A stretch of DNA of 64,000 nucleotides from Candidatus Anaeroferrophillacea bacterium (GCA_016933675.1 JAFGAM010000014.1:47727-111726); one strand, 5' to 3'. Positions 17,501-26,292 are shown, counted from the stretch's first letter. Notes: generated from the sequence alone by a model not told the origin. Numbers and translations: made by a program.

Positions 17501-19901
17501 CGGCTACGGCAACATGCGCGAGGACACCAACGGCAATCGCACCCTCGACATCGACGACGACCGGGTCATCGTCTTCGACGGCACCACGGTATACAAATAC
17601 ACCGACGGCAACGCCGACGGCAAACTGGAAGCCAGCGAAGCCGTGTCACCGGTGGCGGTCACCGACATTACCGGCATCGAATTCCTCTGGACCGCCAACG
17701 ATTGGCTCGGCGACATCAGCGACGGGGCGATAAACTCCCAGCGCGGCTACGGTTCTACCGCCCAGCAGCGTTTCATCTTCACCTTCGTCGACAACGACGG
17801 CGACATGGTGGTGGATGACAGCACCATCGACGGCACCGGCGAACTGCTCGAGTTCACCCCCGGCCAGTCGGGGATTTATCAATATCTACATGTCACCCCG
17901 AACGTCTTCGACGCTGACAGCCCGGCCTTTCTTGCCGGCATCTTCGAAAACGGTATTGTTCTCGATAGCTCCGCTTTTCAATCCTACGCCGACACCCAGG
18001 CGGAACGGATCATCAAGTTCACCCGCGGCGAAGACCAGGCGGAAGACAATACCGGCAGCTACACAATTCCGGCCATGCGCAGCCGCCAGGTGGATTATGA
18101 TGACGACGGCACGGTGGAAACCTGGCGTCTCGGCGACATCGTCTACTCCACCCCAACCATCGTCGGCGCCCCGGCGGAATCCTACGACCTGCTCTACGAG
18201 GACGGCAGCTACACCGATTTCCGCCGCCGCTACCGCTTCCGCCGTCAGGTGGTCTACGCCGGCGCCAACGACGGCATGCTGCACGCCTTCAACGGCGGCT
18301 TCTTCAACCCCGCCGACAACAAGTTCTACCTCGGCTGCAGCGCCACCGGAACCTTCAACGACAGCGGGCTGCCCCTGGGCGCCGAGCTGTGGGCTTACGT
18401 CCCCTGGAACCTGCTGCCACACCTGGAATGGCTCACCGAGGCGGACTACGGTACCGACTACCACGTTCCCTGCATCGACCTGAAGCCCCGGATCTTCGAC
18501 GCCAAGATATTTTCCGCCGATGCCGACCATCCCAACGGCTGGGGTACGGTGATGGTGGTGGGAATGCGCTTCGGCGGCGGGGCGATTACCGCCGACACCG
18601 ACCGTGACAACGTCGTCGACGCCGGTGAACCGGTGATGCGTTCGGCCTATCTCATCTTCGATATCAGCAACCCCGAGGAGGAGCCCAAGCCCCTGGCGGA
18701 ACTGGCCTTCAGCGACCTCGGCTTCACCACCTGCTACCCGACGGTAATCCCGATGAAGGATCGCGATCCGGCCATAGACAACAACAAGTGGCTCCTTGTC
18801 CTGGGATCGGGTCCGGCGCCGGCGGCACCCGCCAGCCTTGGCGATGCCCTCCCCGAAGCGAAAAGCACCCAGACGGGAAAGGTCTTCCTCGTCGACCTCA
18901 CCAAGCTGGTCAACAGCAACGAGGTCTGGACCTACAACAGCAGCGGTACCCTCGTGGTCGGCGCGTCGCCCTATGCCGAACTGGACGGTAACGCCTTCAT
19001 CTCCGACCCGGTGACCATCGACTACGACCTCGACTACAAGGCCGACGTCGTCTATTTCGGCACCGTATCCGGCAGCTTCGCCACCGGTTGGGGCGGCAAG
19101 CTCCGGCGGCTGTTGATCGACAACGACGACAATCCGGCGAACTGGACGCCGGACTCGGTGCTCATCGATCTGGGCGGCACCCACAGCGGTCAGCCCATCG
19201 TCTCCGCGCCGTCCGTAACCCTGGACGTAGAGGGGCACCGCTGGCTCTTCTTCGGTACCGGGCGCTTCTTCAACCGCCTCGACGTCACCAGCGGAACCGC
19301 CACCGATCAGCAAAGCTATTACGGCATTCGGGAACCGCGAACCAACCCGACCACCTGGAGCTGGGCAACGGTCACCACCGGCGATCTGCTGGACGTGAGC
19401 GGGGTAACGGTCATGCAGGCGGCCGACGGAACGATCAGCGTAGTGGATTCCAGCGGCACGGTTTCGGCAGCAAGCTTTCGCGATCTCGTTACCGAGGTAA
19501 CGGCCGAAGACGGCTGGCGGATCGATTTCCCCACCAGCATGGAACGGAATCTGGGGCAGGCGGCATTGCTGGGCGATATCCTGACCTTCACGTCTTATGT
19601 ACCGTACAACGACCCTTGCGTCATGGAAGGTTACAGCTATCTTTATGCCCTGTACTACAAGACCGGCACCGCCTATCAGCAATCGGTCATCGGCCTCAAC
19701 GCCGTCGGCGCCGATGATGAGGTGCTGAAGAAAACCTCCCTCGGTCTCGGGCTGACCATCACCCCCAACATCCACGTCGGCAAGGAAGGCGGTTCCAAGG
19801 CCTTCGTCCAGACCAGTACCGGGGCCATCGTCGGTATCGAACAGGCCAACCCCGGCGCCACCAAGAGCGGCGGGGTCTACTGGCGGGAGGTTTTCCAGTA
19901 A
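14520..19901 (+). CDS. pilY1: PilY1-family pilus tip adhesin, 1793 aa, with embedded PA14 domain
   Basis: AAGGAG RBS and a signal peptide. PilY1 hallmarks NPLWFAAKYGGFEE...EWDKDSDGTPDTYFYVTNP and VYAGANDGMLHAFNGG. PA14-like block GDDYYLNIFTGELSISTGGTYQFAVDGDDAVEVVIDG...YYLRW at nt about 15330-15695. Several Dx[DN]xDG calcium-loop-like motifs. Confidence 0.9.
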   Translation: MHRKIIILLGCLTTVLTVAAGFRPLPAGAVSKVDYSLVPPFVSAGVPPLVMLVLGRDHKLYYEAYNDASDLDGDGTLDVGYNPAIDYYGYFDSYKEYVYDSADNRFEPVAETADKKVSAAGLWSGDYLNYLTMSRMDCLRKVLYGGYRETDTAGETVLRRAYIPQDAHSWGKEYASIARDGYDITQYTPLSLPDAGTYHLFACTTLADNGDSLLRVLPDNTHRIWEWVAKERPVCDSSLESAGGTYSGYPADHSAYEDMVMQFATAAHLQGSGVPANGQINGSGNPYGGDDYYLNIFTGELSISTGGTYQFAVDGDDAVEVVIDGTVVAGWYNGHGACGCTTYSGNISLDAGSHDIEFRHQERTGSDSYYLRWSGPDSGGTWELVPAAAFSSLIQTTYDVQVPSSTITDYKVRVLVGDASMPEANCKLYPNGSYKPIGLLQRNGESERMYFGLITGSYARNTSGGVLRKNIGPITDEIDPDTGQFTAVNGIISTINKLRVVCYDYGSKSYNCSCGWITSRAINEGECRMWGNPVGEMMYEGLRYFAGKSGGTSAFLYSGITDDDTLGLPLATWNDPYNATTGYDYCAKPFMLVLSDINPSYDSDQLPGSYFSSFTGDVSGLDVSSEAAVISSNEGISGTYYIGQVGATYDGSPTPKTISSLANIRGLCPEEPTKQGSYYAAAVAYYGRTTDVSSATGEQNLVTYTVGLASPLPRIEIPVAGTTVTLVPFGKTVQAGGMSRAEGDFQPTNTIVDFFVEAITPTYGKFRINFEDVEQGADHDMDAIVEYEYVVNADDTVTVSLNCPYSSAGYVLHMGYVISGTTADGTYLEVLDYDSTGGDVDYFLDTPPGQSPGGTWNDGAELPLTATRTFTPGAAAGAGLLENPLWFAAKYGGFEEKEDIANNLPDSSDEWDKDSDGTPDTYFYVTNPLKLEEQLNKSFADILRRTASGTAASVISSSRSGEGAIYQAIFYPEFKGPLGNTVHWVGNINSLFVDGYGNMREDTNGNRTLDIDDDRVIVFDGTTVYKYTDGNADGKLEASEAVSPVAVTDITGIEFLWTANDWLGDISDGAINSQRGYGSTAQQRFIFTFVDNDGDMVVDDSTIDGTGELLEFTPGQSGIYQYLHVTPNVFDADSPAFLAGIFENGIVLDSSAFQSYADTQAERIIKFTRGEDQAEDNTGSYTIPAMRSRQVDYDDDGTVETWRLGDIVYSTPTIVGAPAESYDLLYEDGSYTDFRRRYRFRRQVVYAGANDGMLHAFNGGFFNPADNKFYLGCSATGTFNDSGLPLGAELWAYVPWNLLPHLEWLTEADYGTDYHVPCIDLKPRIFDAKIFSADADHPNGWGTVMVVGMRFGGGAITADTDRDNVVDAGEPVMRSAYLIFDISNPEEEPKPLAELAFSDLGFTTCYPTVIPMKDRDPAIDNNKWLLVLGSGPAPAAPASLGDALPEAKSTQTGKVFLVDLTKLVNSNEVWTYNSSGTLVVGASPYAELDGNAFISDPVTIDYDLDYKADVVYFGTVSGSFATGWGGKLRRLLIDNDDNPANWTPDSVLIDLGGTHSGQPIVSAPSVTLDVEGHRWLFFGTGRFFNRLDVTSGTATDQQSYYGIREPRTNPTTWSWATVTTGDLLDVSGVTVMQAADGTISVVDSSGTVSAASFRDLVTEVTAEDGWRIDFPTSMERNLGQAALLGDILTFTSYVPYNDPCVMEGYSYLYALYYKTGTAYQQSVIGLNAVGADDEVLKKTSLGLGLTITPNIHVGKEGGSKAFVQTSTGAIVGIEQANPGATKSGGVYWREVFQ

Positions 19902-19945
19902 CCCCACCGGCACCAGCAAGGCCTCTCTTCCTTCCCCACCCCATG

Positions 19946-19987
19946 CATGCCCATGGCCCCCGCCGATATCGGCGGGGGCCATGGGCA
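19946..19987. repeat. perfect 42-bp palindrome directly after pilY1 (possible terminator hairpin)
   Basis: ATGCCCATGGCCCCCGCCGAT|ATCGGCGGGGGCCATGGGCAT. No T-tract follows on either strand. Confidence 0.8.
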
Positions 19988-19989
19988 TT

Positions 19990-21566
19990 GTCAGCCTTTC
20001 CGGCCAGGCTCAATCACCCGCATGGAAATCGTCGCCTCCGGGGGCACCTCCTTTTCATGTGTGCCATTTCGAACCCTGGAACTGGCTCATCTGTGCGTCA
20101 TCGTACCGCAGCGAGTTTTTGTCGCTGATCAATATGGATTTTTGCAACAGAAACTTCGCACCATCAAGATCGGTGAAACCGGTATTTCTCCCGGACCGGG
20201 AGGGAAAGGTCATCTACCACCCTACACTGAAACTGGTCAGCTCATTGTGGAAACTGGAAGATGCCGACGGCAATTTTATCGTCCAACAGATGCTTGAACG
20301 GCAACGGGGAGTACTGGCCTATTGCTGGCAGAGTCCACAGGAGAACCGCCCTCGGCAAATACTTTCCTGCTTCTCCACCATCGCCGGGCTGGACTGGCTG
20401 GTCGCCTCTTCCAGCTATACAAAGAAGTTCATGGGCCACCTCAGTTCCTTGAAGCGTATTTTCACGATGGTTTTTTCGTCGCGCTGCCGGTTTTTGTTCT
20501 GGTGGGATTTGTGCTGCTGAAAAGGCTTGTGGTACGGCCGCTCACCCTGACAACCACCGCCCTGCGAAAGATTTCCGCCGGCGAGGGTGATTTGACGGCG
20601 CGACTGTGGATCGCAAGGGACGATGAAATCGGTCTTCTGGCGCACCATTTCAACAACTTTATCGCCAAGTTGCAGCACCTGATAGCCGATATCGCATCCA
20701 ACACTGCGACTCTGGCAGCAACCAGTGAAAACCTTTCCACCAATGCCGACGAGATGAAGTCAGGGGCGGAATTGATGGACCAGCAGACGCTCATGGCCGC
20801 CGCCGGAGTGGAACACATGGCGACCAATTTGGAGAATATCTCCTCGGGGGCCGATAATCTGTCCTCCACGGTGAACAGCGTGGCCACAGCTCTGGATCAG
20901 ATGCGGGCCTCGTTGTTCGAAGCCGCCGTGAATTGCGCTGCGGGAGCCCGGACGTCGGCCAAAGCAGATGATCAGGTGCGGAGCGCAGGCGCGGCGATGG
21001 ACTCCCTCACCAGTTCGGCCGGCGCCATCGGCAAGGTAGTGGAGACCATCAGCAACATTGCCGAACAAACAAACCTGCTGGCGCTGAACGCCACCATCGA
21101 AGCGGCCAGAGCCGGGGATGCCGGGAGAGGATTTGCCGTAGTGGCCGGAGAAGTGAAGGAACTCGCCAACCAGACTGGCCAAGCCACGGAGGAGATCGGT
21201 CGCCTGATTGGCGAGATGCAGAAGAAGACGGATGCCGCCGTAAGGGCTACGGACGCCATTTCAGCGGTCGTTGCCAGCTTGAATGAAACGGTACAGACCC
21301 TTGCCGGTGCCGTGGAGGAACAGTCGACAACCACCCGGGAGACTGCCGACAACATGAACAGCGTTTCCCGGAATGCTGCGGATATTTCCGGGACCATCCA
21401 GGAAGCTTCCGCCGGTTCCACGAAGGTCAGCCGGAACATCCAGGGGCTGTCCGCGGCGTCGGCAGCGGTCAAAACCGGTGCCGACCAGACCAGCACGGAA
21501 AGCGGTAATTTGGCACGGATGACGGCGCGCCTGAAGCAACTGGTCGAACAATTCAAGATAGGGTAA
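19990..21566 (+). pseudogene. methyl-accepting chemotaxis protein, 5'-truncated and frameshifted
   Basis: Cache-like sensor motifs ([35 protein letters not shown]...[13 protein letters not shown]) sit in the frame of ORF 19981..20520. TM2-HAMP-signalling domain ([51 protein letters not shown]) sits in the frame of ORF 20322..21566, which opens only with TTG. The two frames meet near 20417-20430. There is no TM1 and no start codon. Confidence 0.7.
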
Positions 21567-21594
21567 GGGGGGCTGCCGGCGTGAAATCAGAACG

Positions 21595-21746
21595 CAGGGG
21601 AAACCACGTTCTTTGATCTCCTGCTCGATATCAGCCGGGTTGACGTAAACTCCAAGCAACTCAGGCCGGAGCACAGATTTGATCATGCTTTTACCGGAGC
21701 CGTTGGGACCGGCATACATACGCACCCGCGCTGGGGTATCAATCAT
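21595..21746 (-). pseudogene. P-loop NTPase N-terminal stub (zeta-toxin/COG4185-like)
   Basis: MIDTPARVRMYAGPNGSGKSMIKSVLRPELLGVYVNPADIEQEIKERG. After about 50 codons the frame continues antisense into the MCP 3' end, so the C-terminal body is missing. Confidence 0.5.
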
Positions 21747-21942
21747 TTCAGCGCCCGCGTTTCTCCGACACCTAAAGCGGGTATTGCCGGTGAGCTTTTC
21801 CTGCGTCATCGCCTGGCTAATAGCAATCGAAAATTGCGTAATACGCCATAACGTTTAGTCGGGGGGGGGCAGATTGTCAAAAGCTTTCATCCGAATCACG
21901 ATCCTGCACGAAACCGGTTAGAAACTCTGGGGGGGCCGTAGC

Positions 21943-21991
21943 GTAGACGACGACAACGGGGCCGCAATGCGGCCCCGTTGTCGTCGTCTAC
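21943..21991. repeat. perfect inverted repeat, 23-bp arms with a 3-nt loop
   Basis: GTAGACGACGACAACGGGGCCGC AAT GCGGCCCCGTTGTCGTCGTCTAC, lying 120 bp downstream of the bamA stop. No T-tract. Confidence 0.8.
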
Positions 21992-22112
21992 GAATAGTGT
22001 TGAATCTGGTGATTATGAATTCGCTCGCCCCTGGAAGCTACGACCGCTTCTCCCGCCGCAGCTCGATCTTCACCCGCGTACCCAGGATCAGGTCACTCCC
22101 ACACCTGGCCCT

Positions 22113-23249
22113 TTATTCCTGCGGGGTGCCGAAAACCTGGGTATACAGCGCCTCACCCAGTTCCTGGCCCTCGGCGATGAGCTGCCGGTAGCGGATGAAG
22201 TCGATGGTGTCCGTGCCGGTGATCTTCTTGGTGTTGAAGGCGTTGAAGCCCATGAAGGCCTCGAAGTTCATGTTCGCGGCGAGCCAGTGCCGGTTGGGCA
22301 GCTTCATCTGATCCCAGAAGTATTTCTTCTTCGCCCGGATGCCGTCGATGGACTTCATCAGGCAGTGGGGCATCAGGTTGGCGTAGCGCCAGACGATATC
22401 GTCGACCGCCTCGTCCAGCAGGGTGAAGTCGGTCTTCGCGTTCTTGACATACTCCCGCGCCGCCTTCGCCGCCGCGCCGGCCTTGAACTCGCCGTAGACG
22501 ATCTCGCCGTCATCAACCCAGCGGTCGGTGATCACCAGGGGGTTGCGCACCCATTTGTCGCCGTCTTTGATCACCGGCACCGTCTTGGTGATCAGCCCGA
22601 GGCGCTGCATCTTGTAGGCACTCCACATCTCGCAGGAAACACAGTTCCACATCGCCTGCTCGATGCCGAGGTACCAGGGCAGGAAGTCGGTGGAACCACC
22701 GTCGGGTGCCGAGCCGTGTTTCGGCCCCGCCTGACCGAGGATCGCCAGGTCGGAGGAGATGGCCAGGTCGGCGGCCATACCGATCTCCTGGCCGCCGGCG
22801 ACGCGCATGCCGTTGATCCGGCAGATGGTGGGCTTCTTGCAGTTGAGGATCGCGTCCACCATGCCGTTGAACAGATCCATGTAATCGCCGTATTCCTGCG
22901 GCCGCTTGCTGTAGTACTCGGCGTACTCCTTGGTGTTGCCGCCGGTGCAGAAGGCCTTGTCACCCACCGCGGTGAAGATCGCCGCGACGATGGACGGGTC
23001 GGCGGAGGCCCGCTGGAAAGCGGCGATCACCCCCTTCACCATCTCGGTGGTGTAGGAGTTGTACTGCTTCGGGTTGTTGAGAATGATCCAGGCGGTATGG
23101 AGACCGTCAACCACCTTGCCGTCAGGGGCGATCAGCGGCCGCTTGTCGTAGATCGTGCAGGGCGCGTCGGCCTCGGTGCCGAAGTGGGCGTCCTGCCACA
23201 TGCCGTGATCCTTCTTGCCGTGTTCACGAGGTATCCATTCGAGACCCAT
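22113..23249 (-). CDS. bamA: 6-oxocyclohex-1-ene-1-carbonyl-CoA hydrolase (ring-cleaving; Oah/BamA)
   Basis: 378-aa long crotonase-fold protein (FCTGGNTKEYAEYY, GMRVAGGQEIGMAADL). It is the last gene after the dch- and had-type genes, which is the dch-had-oah arrangement. Confidence 0.8.
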   Translation of the reverse strand: MGLEWIPREHGKKDHGMWQDAHFGTEADAPCTIYDKRPLIAPDGKVVDGLHTAWIILNNPKQYNSYTTEMVKGVIAAFQRASADPSIVAAIFTAVGDKAFCTGGNTKEYAEYYSKRPQEYGDYMDLFNGMVDAILNCKKPTICRINGMRVAGGQEIGMAADLAISSDLAILGQAGPKHGSAPDGGSTDFLPWYLGIEQAMWNCVSCEMWSAYKMQRLGLITKTVPVIKDGDKWVRNPLVITDRWVDDGEIVYGEFKAGAAAKAAREYVKNAKTDFTLLDEAVDDIVWRYANLMPHCLMKSIDGIRAKKKYFWDQMKLPNRHWLAANMNFEAFMGFNAFNTKKITGTDTIDFIRYRQLIAEGQELGEALYTQVFGTPQE

Positions 23250-23454
23250 GCTTCACTCCTTCATCCGCAACTGTGTCTTTGTCGTTATGGTTGTTGTTGA
23301 TCATACCGCTGAAAACCTGGCATGGACTACCGCCATCCGCCACCACATCCCGGTGGCAGGCGGAAAGCTGCCAATACATCCAGCGGCTTTACTGCTTTCA
23401 TCCGGGTTCGATCGACGTGGTGCGTCCCAACCCGCGCCGGACTCGGAACCGGGG

Positions 23455-24552
23455 TCAGAAGCCGGGTTCCAGGACGATGCGCCGCATGAGGGGCTTTTCG
23501 TGCACCTCGGCGAAGGACTCGCGGATGCTGCTCATGGGACGGGTTTCGACAAAGGGCTCGATGGCCACCTTGCCGCTCTGCACCAATTTGAGCACCGCCG
23601 GGTAGTATTTCGGATGACAGCCCCAGGTGCCGATGATCTCGGCGTCGAAGGCCATCAGGCGCGAGAGCATGAACTCATGCTTCGCCATGGTGTAGCCCAC
23701 CACCATGAGCTTGCCGATGAACGACAGCAGGCTCAAGCCCAGTGCCTGGCCCGGCTTGCTGCCGGAACATTCGAAGATCTTCCAGCCGTAGTTGGGCGGC
23801 AGACCCTCGGCCTTGCAAAAGGCCTTGAGTTCCGCCTTGACCTCCTTGTCGCTCTTGCCCATGGGATTGATCGCCAAGTCGGCGCCGTATTGCCGCGCCC
23901 GCTCCAGCTTGGCGTCGTCCACGTCGACGGCGACCACCGCCCGGCTGCCCAAGGCCTTGGCGATCTGGGTCATGTAGGTGCCCACCCCGCCGCCGGCGCC
24001 GAGCACCACCACCAGGTCGCCGTCGGGGAAGTAGGGTTTGTCCAGTTCGGCACGTACCGCCGCCTGATAGGGCGTGGTGCCGGCATCGGCGACCACGGCA
24101 TAATGGGACAGAGGCATGCCCTTGAGATCGTCAATAACGCACAGGCCGGCGGCGGGTACGACGATATGGCTGGAAAAACCACCGTAGATGCCGAGACTGT
24201 TGCCGGGCATTTTCTGATTCAGGCAGCGGTTGCCGCGGCCGGCCTTGCAGATCGGACACTCGTTGCAGGGCATCACCGCCGGGATGATCACCTGTTTGCC
24301 GACCAGTTCCGTCTTGCCGCCGATCACCGTGCCGCTGATCTCGTGCCCCAGGGTCAGAGGCGGTTCGTTGACCGTCGGGACGCCGTCGTAAAAATACCCC
24401 AGATCGGTGTGGCAGATACCGCAACCGGCGATCTCGACACAGGCCTCGTCGGCACCGATGTCGGGCATGGGAATCTCGACCAACTGCATCTCGCCGGGTT
24501 TTTGCATCTGCCAGGTCTTGATGCTCGCGGGAATGTTCGCCATAATTTTCAT
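23455..24552 (-). CDS. had: 6-hydroxycyclohex-1-ene-1-carbonyl-CoA dehydrogenase (Zn-dependent ADH family)
   Basis: 365 aa with CGICHTDLGYF, GHEISGTV and GAGGGVG motifs. Lies between dch and bamA. Confidence 0.75.
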   Translation of the reverse strand: MKIMANIPASIKTWQMQKPGEMQLVEIPMPDIGADEACVEIAGCGICHTDLGYFYDGVPTVNEPPLTLGHEISGTVIGGKTELVGKQVIIPAVMPCNECPICKAGRGNRCLNQKMPGNSLGIYGGFSSHIVVPAAGLCVIDDLKGMPLSHYAVVADAGTTPYQAAVRAELDKPYFPDGDLVVVLGAGGGVGTYMTQIAKALGSRAVVAVDVDDAKLERARQYGADLAINPMGKSDKEVKAELKAFCKAEGLPPNYGWKIFECSGSKPGQALGLSLLSFIGKLMVVGYTMAKHEFMLSRLMAFDAEIIGTWGCHPKYYPAVLKLVQSGKVAIEPFVETRPMSSIRESFAEVHEKPLMRRIVLEPGF

Positions 24553-24574
24553 CTCCTCTTCGCCGACGCGCGGC

Positions 24575-25351
24575 CTAGCGGTTTTTCCACTCCGGACGAC
24601 GCTTTTCGAGGAACGAGGTCAATCCCTCACGGGCGTCCTCCAGCGCCATGCATTCCTTCAGGTAGCAATGCTCCACCGCCGCCAGAGCCTCGACAAAAGG
24701 CTTGCCGGCGGCCGCCCGCATGGCCCGCTTGGTGGACCGCAGGGCGGAACCGCTGAGAGCGGTGAAGGTGGCGACGAAGGCTTCGACCTCCTGATCGAAA
24801 TCGGCCGCAGAGACCACCTTGTTCACCAGACCGCAGGCCTGGGCCTCGGCGGCCCGGATGGACTCGCCGCCGAGAATCAGCTCAAAGGCCTTCTTCGGCC
24901 CGACCATCACCGGCAGGAATGCGGCGGCGATGGGCGGGAAAACCGCTAATTTGATCTCCGGCTGGCCGATCCTGAGGTTGTCGGCGGCAAGCACCATGTC
25001 GCAGAACAGCACCACCTCGCAGCCGCCGCCCAGCGCCGCGCCCTTGACCGCCGCCAGGGTGGGAATCTCCAGTTTGTCGAGTCGGCGGAAGATGCCGTGG
25101 AAGACCTCGATCATGCGCTCCACCTTGTCGGCGGTATGATCGGCGACATCGACACCGACGGAGAAGGCCTTCTCCCCCGCCGCGCGGATCACCAGCAGCT
25201 TGATTTCCGGACCCGCCACCAGCACCTCGTCGAGGGCGGCATTCATCTCTTCCATGGTGACGATGTCGAGCCAGTTGAGCGGCGGCCGGTTGATCGTCAG
25301 CCAGGCTGCACCGTCCCGGGTTTCATAGGTAACAAACTTATAATCCGCCAT
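24575..25351 (-). CDS. dch: cyclohexa-1,5-diene-1-carbonyl-CoA hydratase (enoyl-CoA hydratase family)
   Basis: Start moved to ATG 25351 (MADYKFVTYETRDGAAWLTINRPPLN), 9 nt after GGAAGGA. 258 aa. The ORF-track 5' extension lies in repeat R4. Confidence 0.75.
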   Translation of the reverse strand: MADYKFVTYETRDGAAWLTINRPPLNWLDIVTMEEMNAALDEVLVAGPEIKLLVIRAAGEKAFSVGVDVADHTADKVERMIEVFHGIFRRLDKLEIPTLAAVKGAALGGGCEVVLFCDMVLAADNLRIGQPEIKLAVFPPIAAAFLPVMVGPKKAFELILGGESIRAAEAQACGLVNKVVSAADFDQEVEAFVATFTALSGSALRSTKRAMRAAAGKPFVEALAAVEHCYLKECMALEDAREGLTSFLEKRRPEWKNR

Positions 25352-25384
25352 AATCATATCCTTCCTACGGTCATCGACAACAGC

Positions 25385-25540
25385 CTCCTGAATTGTTTTA
25401 CGATATCGCGTTACCCCTGACGGCACCGCAGCAGCTCCGGATTCGCGGGGCGCAAAACCCGAGGCGGGCGACGTCACCGGACGCTGAACGACTCGGGTGG
25501 CGACACAACGAAGAAGATGAAGTTGTTACGAGGCCATCAT
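25385..25540 (-). repeat. intergenic element family, copy R4 (intercistronic)
   Basis: Minus strand reads TGA TGATGGCCTCGTAACAAC immediately after the SDR stop, then CTTCTTCGTTGTG ... GCGCCCCGCGAATCCGGAGC ... GGTAACGCG. Confidence 0.65.
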
Positions 25541-26292
25541 CAGATGTACTGGCCGCCGTCCACCTTGATTACTTCCCCGGTAATGTGCCCGGCGGCCTCG
25601 GAAGCAAGGAAGGCCACCAGGGCAGCGACGTCCTCGGGCTTGCCGGCCTTCTTGAGCACCCCCTCGTCGATGGCGATCTGCTTGAACTCGTCGGGCATCG
25701 ACTCGCCCATCTCGGTGAGGATGAAACCCGGCGCCACCGAGTTGCAGGTCACCTGAGCCTTGCCGAGATCCTTGGCCGCGGCCTTGGTCATACCGATCAC
25801 CCCGCCCTTGGCGGCGGCGTAGTTGACCTGGCCGAATTTGCCGCGCAGGCCGTTGATGGAGGTGATGGTGATGACGCGGCCGAACCTCTTCTCCCGCATC
25901 CCCGGCGCCACCGCCCGGATGAAGTTGAAGGTACCGGTGAGATCGACGTCGATGACCCGCTGCCACTGTTCCGGGGTCATCTTCCAGATCACCCCGTCCC
26001 AGTTCATTCCGGCGCTGGTGACGAGGACGTCGACGGTACCCCAGCGTTCACCGGCGGCGGCCACCATGCGCTCGGCATCGGCGTAGGACGAGACATCCGC
26101 CTGGCAGGCCATGGCGTCGCTGCCGGCGGCCTTGATGGCCTCGACCACCGCTTCCGCCTGATCGGCACTCTTGTTGTAATTGACCGCCACCTTCGCCCCG
26201 AGGCTGCCCAACAGCCGGGCGATGGCCGCGCCGATGCCCCGGCTGCCGCCGGTGACGATGGCCACGCGATTCTTCAGATCGAACATTTCCAT
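25540..26292 (-). CDS. short-chain dehydrogenase/reductase (FabG-like; candidate 3-hydroxyacyl-CoA dehydrogenase)
   Basis: TGGSRGIGAAIA, NYAAAKGG (YxxxK) and SVAPGFI motifs. Start is ATG 26292 (MEMFDLK) or 26286. Confidence 0.85.
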   Translation of the reverse strand: MEMFDLKNRVAIVTGGSRGIGAAIARLLGSLGAKVAVNYNKSADQAEAVVEAIKAAGSDAMACQADVSSYADAERMVAAAGERWGTVDVLVTSAGMNWDGVIWKMTPEQWQRVIDVDLTGTFNFIRAVAPGMREKRFGRVITITSINGLRGKFGQVNYAAAKGGVIGMTKAAAKDLGKAQVTCNSVAPGFILTEMGESMPDEFKQIAIDEGVLKKAGKPEDVAALVAFLASEAAGHITGEVIKVDGGQYI

